Part shown: positions 46,252 to 55,313 of the stretch, one piece after another
How positions within the stretch are numbered: the first letter of the stretch is position 1
Layout of the letters: every line of letters starts with the position of its first letter
Assembly: GCA_035444565.1 (NCBI GenBank)
Contig: DAOMOX010000002.1
Coordinates: forward strand, 8,013 to 72,012
Length of the DNA stretch: 64,000 nt
DNA from: Candidatus Dojkabacteria bacterium
GTDB lineage: Bacteria > Patescibacteriota > Dojkabacteria > B142 > OLB20
Direction of reading: 5' to 3'
Notes under the pieces: model-generated
Seen by the model: the letters and a program-made list of their open reading frames with translations, nothing else
The model's database searches: none
What the model was told of the DNA's origin: nothing
Program-made: the position numbers and the translations under genes

Positions 46252-46518
46252 TCAAACACTTTGTTGAAAGATATAACTACTTCCCAATCCAAGGAGAACA
46301 GAACTGATAATTTTTACTCTTTTGGGAATAGGTCTTCCAGCTATTGATTCTGGCAGACTTAATAAAGCGTACGTAAGAATAGATCCAAAACCAAACCCAA
46401 TAATAGCCATACCGGCAGTCGATTGCAATACACTCTCGAAAACATTATTTGGGGGTACTTCAGACGATGATTCCCTAAAATCTGGTGGAAATAAACTCAT
46501 ATTGTAAACGTACTTCAA
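46252..46518 (-). CDS. Small membrane protein (88 aa), hypothetical
   Basis: Two hydrophobic helices (MAIIGFGFGSILTYALLSL; IISSVLLGLGSSYIF) in an intact ORF. Confidence 0.3.
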   Translation of the reverse strand: MKYVYNMSLFPPDFRESSSEVPPNNVFESVLQSTAGMAIIGFGFGSILTYALLSLPESIAGRPIPKRVKIISSVLLGLGSSYIFQQSV

Positions 46519-46586
46519 TTAACAATTGAGCAGATTATACAACAATAGTAGTAATATACAACAAGTTTTTAAATCATAATATTGTC

Positions 46587-48383
46587 CTAGTTTATCCAGG
46601 AAATCTCCTCCGTAATTTTACTTAGCAAAGCGTCTGTTCCCACAGTAATCGACTCCTCCCTCGTTCCGCAATTGAAATTACTACTTGTCTGCTCTTTCAC
46701 AGATTCTGAGTAATATGTTTTCAGGCCCATTAGAAAGCCAAACGGAGGTACTCCACCAACTTCTACGCCATATTTTTCTTTAATAACCTCAGGTTTTTCA
46801 AATTCAAATGCTTCCCCTTCTAATTCTCGTAACTTCTCCATATTTATCTTCTCAGTTGCTGGTACACAAACCATGATATTCTTACCGGATTTTTTACCTT
46901 TCAGAATGAGCGCTTTTAGGCCTTCTTCGAGTTTAGTGCCCCTTATTTCTGCTGCTTCTTCAGATGTTTTTACTGGAGCATGTTTTTGATACTCATATTT
47001 CACACCTGCATCATCGAATAGGCTTTTAATCTTCTGAACCAACTGTGAGCCTGGAACAATTTTCCTCTTTATGCTCACAGATGCAATTCTCTTTGTATCA
47101 GAGGGGAATAATGTAGCCTCTCGAATATTATCCAAACCAAGCAACAACATAGTTAACCGCTCCATTCCCATTCCAAAACCACCGTGTTTAGGCATTCCAA
47201 ATTTGAAAATGGCTAAGTAGTCACGGAAATCATCAGGATTAAGACCTTTCAATCTTAAAGATTCCTCCATCATGTCATGTTCATGGATTCTTTGACCTCC
47301 ACTGACAATTTCAGCCTCTCTACAAAGTAAGTCGAAATAATTGGTGACTTCTGGATTTTCTTCGTTTGGGTGAGCATAGAAAGCTGTCTTTTTCCTCAAA
47401 AAATGAGTTACATAGATAAAGTCAGTTCCAAATTCTTCTCGGGCATATTTACAAAGCTCTCTCTCAGCTTCAGGTGATAAGTCAATCTCTTGTCTTTCGT
47501 CATTTCCAGTTCTTTTGTAATAGAGTTCAAGTGCCTCCCTGAAAGTAATCCTAGGGAAAGAAACACTCTCTGGAGCCAGAGCTGATTCAACTCCAAGTGT
47601 TTTCAATTCTCTAGCGTTTTTCTCATTTACACTTTTAACAATAAACTTCACAGTATTCTCAAGCATATCCATAACGTCTTCAAATCCATCTATGAATCCC
47701 ATTTCAAATTCAAACTGAGTGGCTTCTGTAAGATGTCTCCTCGTTGCGGACTTTTCCGCTCTAAAGCACTTCATCAAGGCAAATACTCTTTCATAAACAC
47801 CTACCATCATTTGCTTGTACAATTGAGCACTTTGAGATAATTTTGCTTCTTGATCGAAATAATTAACAGTAAAAAGCTCAGTTCCTCCTTCTGAGGATGC
47901 ACTAATCACATTTGGACCAAAGAATTCGGTAAATCCTTCGCTAGTTAAATATTCACGATATGCAGCGACAATAGTTGCTTGAATTTTGAAAACTGCAGAG
48001 ATTTTTTGGTTTCTAAGGGTTAGTGGTCGATAGTCTAAAATTGTGTCCATCTCTGCATTCAATTCAGGTTTATTGTATTCTACTGGCAATGGAGTCGTTA
48101 CAGGAATCTCAACTATAACTTGAGGACTTATAATTTCAACGCCAAGTTCAGCTTGTTTGGCTTCTTGGACTTTACCAGTTACAGTAATAATTGAACCAGG
48201 TTGTAGATTTTTAACCTTTTCAATCTCGTTTTTATCCTCCATTACTACCTGAACCATACCTCCCCTGTCACGAATCACCATAAAACTTATTTTCCCAAGC
48301 ACACGAACTGCATTCATCCAACCTTTTATCATCACCTCTTCTCCAATATGATCTGTAAGTTTGTTTGAAATTGATCTTTGCAT
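46587..48383 (-). CDS. aspS: Aspartyl-tRNA synthetase (archaeal/eukaryal-type class IIb core) fused to a C-terminal YbaK/ProX-family aminoacyl-tRNA deacylase domain
   Basis: N-terminal OB anticodon-binding domain. Motif 2 FRAEKSATRRHLTEATQFEFEMGF. Motif 3 GGFGMGMERL. The core ends at about aa 440. The C-terminal 160 aa are collinear with E. coli YbaK (…KNIMVCVPATEKINMEKLRE…, YGVEVGGVPPFG versus YLVGGISPLG, NCGTREESITVGTDALLSKI versus [20 protein letters not shown]). Confidence 0.8.
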   Translation of the reverse strand: MQRSISNKLTDHIGEEVMIKGWMNAVRVLGKISFMVIRDRGGMVQVVMEDKNEIEKVKNLQPGSIITVTGKVQEAKQAELGVEIISPQVIVEIPVTTPLPVEYNKPELNAEMDTILDYRPLTLRNQKISAVFKIQATIVAAYREYLTSEGFTEFFGPNVISASSEGGTELFTVNYFDQEAKLSQSAQLYKQMMVGVYERVFALMKCFRAEKSATRRHLTEATQFEFEMGFIDGFEDVMDMLENTVKFIVKSVNEKNARELKTLGVESALAPESVSFPRITFREALELYYKRTGNDERQEIDLSPEAERELCKYAREEFGTDFIYVTHFLRKKTAFYAHPNEENPEVTNYFDLLCREAEIVSGGQRIHEHDMMEESLRLKGLNPDDFRDYLAIFKFGMPKHGGFGMGMERLTMLLLGLDNIREATLFPSDTKRIASVSIKRKIVPGSQLVQKIKSLFDDAGVKYEYQKHAPVKTSEEAAEIRGTKLEEGLKALILKGKKSGKNIMVCVPATEKINMEKLRELEGEAFEFEKPEVIKEKYGVEVGGVPPFGFLMGLKTYYSESVKEQTSSNFNCGTREESITVGTDALLSKITEEISWIN

Positions 48384-48640
48384 AAAATTGATTTAAAAAA
48401 TAAAAAAGACCCTAAACTACACGTGTAGTCCAAGGGCCTATAAAAGACGGTGCCACCTTGATTCATCCTCTGAGCGAGAGGATCTCAGTGTTGTATTAAT
48501 TTGTTGTCACTTTTACTTTTCGACTCTCAAAAAATATCGAATTCCTGTAATTATGATATTACTTTATTTCTGACCTGAAGACAAGAGTTATGAGTGGCCA
48601 CTTGCTTGATCACCTGCAGCTATGTTTTCTAAAGCATCTG
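48384..48640 (-). promoter_or_regulatory. Candidate T-box riboswitch leader of aspS, with a UGGC bulge matching the tRNA-Asp discriminator G and an overlapping terminator
   Basis: The minus-strand leader reads CCUCUcgcucAGAGG (stem III-like), then AAUCAAGGUGGCACCGUC (consensus AAUUAGGGUGGNACCGCG), then GGCCCUUGGACUACACGUGUAGUUUAGGGUC plus UUUUUUAUUUUUU ending 14 nt before the aspS AUG. A GACA candidate specifier lies further upstream. Confidence 0.5.
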
Positions 48641-48914
48641 CAGCATTTATAGCCAAGTCGGTCAGACCTTTTCCTGCAGCAACTACTAAACCTCCAGCAA
48701 TAGCCGGTGATACTTTTCTCATTTCTGTGGTTCTTAATACACCAGGAGAATTTTCAGAGATAGGATTTCCTTTGCCATCATATAATCCAGGTGAGGGAGG
48801 TATATCATTCATTTATTTATAGGGTTAATTAATGTGCGAATTATATCACATTGCAACCCTTATCCCTCTTTGGAATAGTTTTATTATTAATCAGTGTCTC
48901 TTTTAAATAAATAA

Positions 48915-50111
48915 TTATTGAATTTTGTAGTATTTCTTATTTTTGTATTTCTCAGGCAAATAACTCTGATTCACCTTATTCCCTTTCTTTTCTTCCTGGC
49001 AAGGATACCTGACGTGACCTTTCCCATAACCAAAACTCTCCATTAGACTTGTTGGAGCATTTCTTAAGTGAAGTGGGATTGAATCGGGTCCGTATTTTTC
49101 CAAATCGCTTAAAGCGGAGAAAATACCTTCAGTAGAAGCAATGGACTTAGGACAAGTTGCGAGATATGTGGCTGTTTGGGCCAAAATCAGTTGAGATTCA
49201 GGCATACCTATCATACTCACAGCTTGCATACAGCTAGTTGCCAAAACCATCGCTGTAGGCCTAGCATTTCCAATATCTTCACTTGCAAAAACCAACATCC
49301 TTCTAGCTATAAACATCGGATCCTCACCCGCTTTTATCATCCTTGCAAGATAGTGCAATGTTGCATCAGCATCCCCACCTCTCATGCTCTTTATAAATGC
49401 AGAAATAGTATCGTAATGACTGTCACCTTTCTTATCGTAATAGATTGATTGTTTTTGGAGCGCAGTTTCAACCTCTTTCAAAGTAATTTTGTTAGTGAGT
49501 GATAACAAAAGCTCTAAAGTATTTAATAACGCCCTTGCATCACCATGTGACTGCTGTATGATATATTCTTTTGCTTTTTTCTCGAATTTTGTTTCCGGAT
49601 ATAATTTATCTACACGTTCAAGTAAAATCCCCAAATCTTCTTCAGACAATGAATCAAGTTTGAAAACACGAGACCGTGATAATAGTGGTGAGTTGATATA
49701 AAAAGACGGATTTTCAGTAGTAGCACCAATCATCGTGATTATCCCCTCCTCTACTGCATGTAGAAGACTATCCTGTTGTGCTTTATTGAACCTATGTAAC
49801 TCATCTATGAAGACTATTGTCTGCTTTTGAAACAAATCTCTTCGAGAAAGAGCTTTAGTAATTATTTCTCTTAATTCTTTAACACTACCTCCAACAGCAG
49901 AGAAACTAATAAACTCTGAATTCGTCTGATCAGCAAGTAGCTTGGCTATTGTGGTTTTGCCGGTTCCTGGAGGACCCCAAAAAATGAGTGAGACTAGACT
50001 GCCTTTCTCAAGCAAAACTGTTATCGGTTTACCTTTCCCCAACAAATGCTTCTGTCCCACTACCTCGGACAATTCTTTTGGACGGAGTTTTTCTGCGAGT
50101 GGTGTGCTCAT
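48915..50111 (-). CDS. rarA: Replication-associated recombination protein A (RarA/MgsA AAA+ ATPase)
   Basis: LIFWGPPGTGKTTIAKLLA (Walker A), IVFIDELHRFNKAQQD (Walker B), the sensor and the MgsA C-terminal domain (RGGDADATLHYLARM). Confidence 0.85.
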   Translation of the reverse strand: MSTPLAEKLRPKELSEVVGQKHLLGKGKPITVLLEKGSLVSLIFWGPPGTGKTTIAKLLADQTNSEFISFSAVGGSVKELREIITKALSRRDLFQKQTIVFIDELHRFNKAQQDSLLHAVEEGIITMIGATTENPSFYINSPLLSRSRVFKLDSLSEEDLGILLERVDKLYPETKFEKKAKEYIIQQSHGDARALLNTLELLLSLTNKITLKEVETALQKQSIYYDKKGDSHYDTISAFIKSMRGGDADATLHYLARMIKAGEDPMFIARRMLVFASEDIGNARPTAMVLATSCMQAVSMIGMPESQLILAQTATYLATCPKSIASTEGIFSALSDLEKYGPDSIPLHLRNAPTSLMESFGYGKGHVRYPCQEEKKGNKVNQSYLPEKYKNKKYYKIQ

Positions 50112-51394
50112 TATTTTAGACTAAAACCTTGATTTCTTAGTATTTCCTGCACTTCAGGCGATAAGTGCAGATGGTTAATTATACTACTATTTACTACTCT
50201 TGAAGTATTTGCACGAACCACAAATGGAGGCCAAATTTCAGGATATACCAAAAAGGGTTCTCTAGGTAGTAAGGTAAATTCCGAATTTTCTATCTCAGCA
50301 TTATTAGCTTGTAATATGGGGAATGCGACTCCATAAATTCCTCGGTTTTTTACATTTACCAACTCCACTCCTCCACCTGCGGCGTTTACGAGATAGAACA
50401 TTTCTGCAGAATTATTTACAAATTCTGCGTTTTTCAGAACTACAGTATTTTGTTCCACATCAAAACCATTTGAAGGCCAAATATTTATACCTTTATAAAA
50501 ACCTTCTGCATAAAGATTATTAATTTCCATAGTTGATGTTCCTGTTGCAATCATACCAACTACAACTCCCGATCTTAAACGCGAGCCATCTCTTATAATG
50601 TGAAGATTACTTAGATATGCAGAAAAAACATTAAAGAGTGAAATTCCATCACCATAAAATCTTTCTAGTCTGACATTATTAATGTCAGCTCTTTGTGCAT
50701 GCTTAACAATTATTCCTGAATACTCAACATTTAATTCTTCCTGGTAAGCACTTCTATCAACATTATCAAAGCAACTGACCCCGTTAATTTCCACTATTTT
50801 AGATGATATTTGGTCACCTCCGATATATAAAGCAGCCCTGACTGAATTGCTTGTGTCTATAGGGTTATCAACTGGATTAGCAGGGCCTTCAATGGTATGA
50901 ATCTCAATATCTTCAATGGTGACAGAACCCAAACCATTTATCAAAATACCAACATCGTTATTTATACCATCAACTCTAAATACAGGTTTGTTATTTGACT
51001 CTGCCGCTCTTATAGTAAGATTCGAATTAGTATTAATAACTAATCCCGCTGAAACCTGATGCCTTTGGTCATCGTCTAAATGCTTACTTTCAACTTCTGT
51101 GATTTGTCTACCCAGATTGTATTCTCCTCGAGTAATATTTATTTCATAATTAACCGATTCATCGACCGACTCATTTATTATCCGAACAGCACTTTCTAAC
51201 TCAACTGGATTTGTCACTGTAAAAACATGTGTGTTCAGTGCTTCATGGGATGAGGTTGTTTGTCCAGAGACCTCAGGTATGAACGCTGTAGGTAAGTTAC
51301 TAACATTCCCATTACAAGCAGCCATTCCTAACGTTAGAAGGCTTAGCATTAAAAATCTCTTGACTCTTGGACTTGTTAGAGTTTCTTGTGACAA
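50111..51394 (-). CDS. Putative lipoprotein with right-handed parallel beta-helix repeats
   Basis: N-terminal signal with a lipobox-like LTLGMAAC. Then repetitive N/G/I/V-rich beta-helix turns of about 22 aa (…NVRLERFYGDGISLFNV…, …GVELVNVKNRGIYGVAF…). Start and stop overlap the neighbouring secA and rarA genes. Confidence 0.4.
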   Translation of the reverse strand: MSQETLTSPRVKRFLMLSLLTLGMAACNGNVSNLPTAFIPEVSGQTTSSHEALNTHVFTVTNPVELESAVRIINESVDESVNYEINITRGEYNLGRQITEVESKHLDDDQRHQVSAGLVINTNSNLTIRAAESNNKPVFRVDGINNDVGILINGLGSVTIEDIEIHTIEGPANPVDNPIDTSNSVRAALYIGGDQISSKIVEINGVSCFDNVDRSAYQEELNVEYSGIIVKHAQRADINNVRLERFYGDGISLFNVFSAYLSNLHIIRDGSRLRSGVVVGMIATGTSTMEINNLYAEGFYKGINIWPSNGFDVEQNTVVLKNAEFVNNSAEMFYLVNAAGGGVELVNVKNRGIYGVAFPILQANNAEIENSEFTLLPREPFLVYPEIWPPFVVRANTSRVVNSSIINHLHLSPEVQEILRNQGFSLK

Positions 51395-51398
51395 CTTT

Positions 51399-54329
51399 TT
51401 AAACCTTATGTTTAGGTGAATTTATCAGTCCACACTTTTTGTATTTCAATCCAGAACCACAAGGACAAGGATCATTTCGGCCAATGACATGTTTATTCAC
51501 CTTAGTTTCTTCCCGAGATGTGTCATTTGTTTGAATATTTTTCCTAGCTGCTTGTTCTAACTCACGAAGAACTCTGTTGTTTTGAACATTAACCTTGGGA
51601 GCAGAAGCTTCCATCTCACGAGTTTCATTTGAGATTTCATCTATCTCCTCACTATTTGTTTCCATTTTCTTCTCTTCTCTTGGTTTTGCAACAGCTCGGA
51701 TTTTTAATATTCTCCTTGCGAACTGTGAGTTTATACTATTTATAAATTTCTCGAATAGTTGATATGCCTCGTTTTTGTACTCAACAAGGGGATCTCTCTG
51801 TGCATAACCGCGTAGACCAATCCCTTCTCTCAAATCCCCCATCGCATCAAGGTGATCTGTCCAAAGTTGATCCATAATTTGTAAATTTACAATCTTATAG
51901 ATTTCTGGAAGTGCCTCATCAAACTCCTTGTATTTAGTTTCTAAAAGATCATCAATAGTATCGGTCAATATTCTTTTGATTTTAGCAATTCCAACCTTTT
52001 CAAATTCAACTTCTAAGGATTTTAAGTCTTTATTTGAAAGCTTCGTTTCACTTACTTTCTCATATGACTTGATCAAATCTCGATCTACTGCTAAATCAGC
52101 AAAGTCATTTATTAATTTTATTTTGTCAATCTTGTCTTCCCTCTGTTCCAAGAAGTGTTCGTTTATAATAAACTCAACTTCTTGATTTAATAAATCCTTA
52201 ATTTTCAATTTGATGGTATCAAGTGCTTCTTTCGATTTTTCTTTATCATCCTTATTTAGTGCATCAGCAGACAATGAAAGTAAATTTAATCTACGGAGAT
52301 AGAAAATCTCTCTTTGTTGGTTAATAACATTATCATAGTCGACAACTCGCTTTCGAGTGTCAAAGTGAGCACCTTCCATTTTCTTCTGTGCAGTTTCTAT
52401 TGACCTTCCAATAATCTTTGACTCAATTGGCATGTCATCTGGTAATTTTGTCGCAGTCATCAACTTGCTAACGATTTCACCACCTTGAATACGCATTATT
52501 TCATCATCTAGTGCTGTATAGAATTGTGTAATTCCAGGATCTCCTTGTCTACCACCACGACCTCTGAGCTGATTATCAACACGTCTTGCTTCATGTCTTT
52601 GAGTACCTATTATATATAGTCCACCTAAATCAGTAACACCTTCGCCGAGTGGAATGTCGGTACCTCTACCTGCCATATTAGTTGCTACAGTGACAGCATC
52701 TTTCAGTCCTGCATTTGCTACAATAGAAGCTTCTCGTTCATGGAATTTCGCATTTAGTACTTCGTGCTCAACATTTTTCTTATCCAAGATCCCTGATAAA
52801 TATTCAGAGTCCTCAATCGAAGCAGTACCTACTAAAACAGGCTGTCCAGATTTGTGGATCTCCGTAATAGCTTCTGCAACTGCATTAAATTTCGCTTTCC
52901 TATCTTTATACACTTTATCTGTTAAATCTTCCCTGATAATTGGCTGGTTTGTAGGGATTTCATATGAGTCTAAATTATAGATTTTATAAAACTCCTCAGC
53001 TTCAGTCAGGATAGTACCAGAACCTCCGGAGAGAATTTTGTACAACTTGAAATAATTCTGGAAAGTGATGGTAGCCATAGTTTTGGACTCCCTTTTGATT
53101 TCTACACCTTCTTTTGCTTCTATAGCTTGGTGTAATCCTTCTGAATAACGTCTACCTGCAAGAACCCTACCTGTGAACTCGTCAACAATTAAGATCTCAC
53201 CATCTTTGATTAGATAATCATCATCAACTTTATACAAAACTTCAGCCTTAAGTGCGTTATCTAAATGGTGAGCAAGTCTATAATCCTCCCAAAGATTTTT
53301 AACTCCAAGTAAATTCTCAACATATTCAACACCTTCGTCAGTTAGGGTTACTGAACGTACTTTTTCGTCAACATTGTAATGTTTATCAACTTTGAGATTT
53401 TTCACCACTTTGGCAAACTTCTCATAGAGATCATTTGATGCCTCTGCTGGCGCAGATATTATAAGAGGTGTCCTTGCTTCATCAATCAAAATACTATCCG
53501 CTTCGTCAACTATACAGAAATATAGCTCCTTTTGTACTCTTTCTTCAATATCAAAGACCATATTATCTCGCAGGTAGTCAAAGCCTACTTCATTATTTGT
53601 CGCATATAATACATCTTGTTCGTAAGCCTCTTTCTTACTACACTCCATTAAATTAACACCTTTCATATCACTTAATTTTGATATGTCGAGGCTATCTCTT
53701 TCTTTTTTAGCATCTTCACCTTTAGTTGCTTTTAGCTGGTCATCAGGAACAAATTTATATGACGCTTGTGGAGTAATTACTCCGACACTGATTCCTAAAT
53801 CTGAAAAAGCATGTCCAGCGTATTCTCCATCACGCCTTGCCAAGTAGTCATTAACAGTAATTACATGACTTCCTCTTCCGGTCAAACCATAAAGTGCAGC
53901 TGGTAAATGAAAAACCTGTGTTTTACCTTCTCCTGTTCTTAATTCTGTCAGACTGTGACCTTTTGCTAAAATAGTTGCAGCTTTTAATTGAACAGGATAA
54001 TGTGGTTTACCTAATTTTCGTCTATTAATTTCTCGCAACATTGCGAAAAAATCCACGACGTTAGACTGTAGTAAATCTCGAACTTTCTTCTCTGTGGTGT
54101 CATATTTCTTGAACTCTTCGTTTGCTAGTGGCATTCTTGCCATCGGAGGGATAGTGTCGATTAATTCTTTTAATTCTGCCCTGATGACTTCGACTTGCTT
54201 ACGCATTTCTGAAATATCTTTATCCTTATACTCATCTTCTTTTGCAAGAATTTCTTCTACTAATGGTTCTACTTCTTTAATGGCTCTTTGATTGGGGTTT
54301 AGAAACCGTGAAAATATTCCTTTTATCAT
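51399..54329 (-). CDS. secA: Preprotein translocase ATPase SecA
   Basis: Walker A TGEGKTQV, DEAD-like DEADSILIDEARTPLIIS, and the C-terminal zinc-binding CPCGSGLKYKKCG. 976 aa. Confidence 0.95.
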   Translation of the reverse strand: MIKGIFSRFLNPNQRAIKEVEPLVEEILAKEDEYKDKDISEMRKQVEVIRAELKELIDTIPPMARMPLANEEFKKYDTTEKKVRDLLQSNVVDFFAMLREINRRKLGKPHYPVQLKAATILAKGHSLTELRTGEGKTQVFHLPAALYGLTGRGSHVITVNDYLARRDGEYAGHAFSDLGISVGVITPQASYKFVPDDQLKATKGEDAKKERDSLDISKLSDMKGVNLMECSKKEAYEQDVLYATNNEVGFDYLRDNMVFDIEERVQKELYFCIVDEADSILIDEARTPLIISAPAEASNDLYEKFAKVVKNLKVDKHYNVDEKVRSVTLTDEGVEYVENLLGVKNLWEDYRLAHHLDNALKAEVLYKVDDDYLIKDGEILIVDEFTGRVLAGRRYSEGLHQAIEAKEGVEIKRESKTMATITFQNYFKLYKILSGGSGTILTEAEEFYKIYNLDSYEIPTNQPIIREDLTDKVYKDRKAKFNAVAEAITEIHKSGQPVLVGTASIEDSEYLSGILDKKNVEHEVLNAKFHEREASIVANAGLKDAVTVATNMAGRGTDIPLGEGVTDLGGLYIIGTQRHEARRVDNQLRGRGGRQGDPGITQFYTALDDEIMRIQGGEIVSKLMTATKLPDDMPIESKIIGRSIETAQKKMEGAHFDTRKRVVDYDNVINQQREIFYLRRLNLLSLSADALNKDDKEKSKEALDTIKLKIKDLLNQEVEFIINEHFLEQREDKIDKIKLINDFADLAVDRDLIKSYEKVSETKLSNKDLKSLEVEFEKVGIAKIKRILTDTIDDLLETKYKEFDEALPEIYKIVNLQIMDQLWTDHLDAMGDLREGIGLRGYAQRDPLVEYKNEAYQLFEKFINSINSQFARRILKIRAVAKPREEKKMETNSEEIDEISNETREMEASAPKVNVQNNRVLRELEQAARKNIQTNDTSREETKVNKHVIGRNDPCPCGSGLKYKKCGLINSPKHKV

Positions 54330-54445
54330 GATCTTTTAGAATTGAAAAATAGTAGGTTTATATTAACATAAACACCAAATATTGATTATCGGGTTAATAG
54401 AAAAAACTCCAAATGGAGTTAAATATGGATAATTTATATTGATAA

Positions 54446-55168
54446 TTATATCTGAGTTGCGATTACAACGATTCTCTTCTCTGATGATCCAGCTGACCCA
54501 TCAGCTGTTGCGCATGAAATAACTTTTATAATATTCTCCTTTGATGGCTTGAGTGTAGACAAATCTCCTGCATTTCTGACAACAACTGATTTAACAGCGT
54601 AATTATAGACATTGCCTTTTGCATCGGAATAATGAATTGTGTCGCCCTCCTTTAATTGATCTAGGTTCCAAAATGATCGGGGATCATCTGCACCCCAAAA
54701 TCTTCTATGTCCGAGTAAGATTTTCTCACCATCACCTTCATAAGAGTTTGGGTAAAGCCAGGCGCCTTCATGAATTGCTTTTTCTCCATCAATTCCTTCT
54801 ATTACCGACGTTCTAACGTTTAATCGAGGAATTACTAATGTATTAATACCCATACTTTCCACAACTACAGTACTGGGAGTGTTTACAGCTGGTGATTCCT
54901 TATCAATCGAAGCATTATCTTCTTCATCTGTAGTAGCTGCCTTTACACTTGATGTTTCAGTAGGTATCTCAAAGTTAGAGTTTATAGTTTCTATAGTACT
55001 CTTGTGTTCGAAAGTAATTGGTTTAAGAGTTGACTCGCCTTTAACATTTTGTACTGGCTGTCTTTTTTCACTAAAAGAAAAAACAGCAATAATAACAACT
55101 AATACTAACAGTATCACTACTCCAGCAATTACAAGTTTTTTTGTTTTGTTTTTTAATAGATTTTCCAT
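54446..55168 (-). CDS. Sortase-family transpeptidase (N-terminal membrane anchor)
   Basis: N-terminal TM (LVIAGVVILLVLVVIIAVF). Catalytic-triad candidates LLGHR (His), IKVISCATADG (TLxTC-like Cys) and a C-terminal Arg (KRIVV), in the canonical order and spacing. Confidence 0.65.
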   Translation of the reverse strand: MENLLKNKTKKLVIAGVVILLVLVVIIAVFSFSEKRQPVQNVKGESTLKPITFEHKSTIETINSNFEIPTETSSVKAATTDEEDNASIDKESPAVNTPSTVVVESMGINTLVIPRLNVRTSVIEGIDGEKAIHEGAWLYPNSYEGDGEKILLGHRRFWGADDPRSFWNLDQLKEGDTIHYSDAKGNVYNYAVKSVVVRNAGDLSTLKPSKENIIKVISCATADGSAGSSEKRIVVIATQI

Positions 55169-55313
55169 ATATACATTATATCATAATAATTGAAAACTCT
55201 GCTCAAATTTAAATAGTCACTAATCTTCTCAACTTTGACTTCTGAAAGTAAAAAGTGTTAAAATAGTGATGCTCCCCATACTTTAGTTATCTATAGTTAT
55301 TATTTTCTTACTC

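Noticed and set aside
48588-48812. 74-aa ORF upstream of aspS
   Set aside because: It overlaps the candidate T-box leader/promoter region and its translation is Gly/Ala/Pro-rich. It is most likely non-coding.
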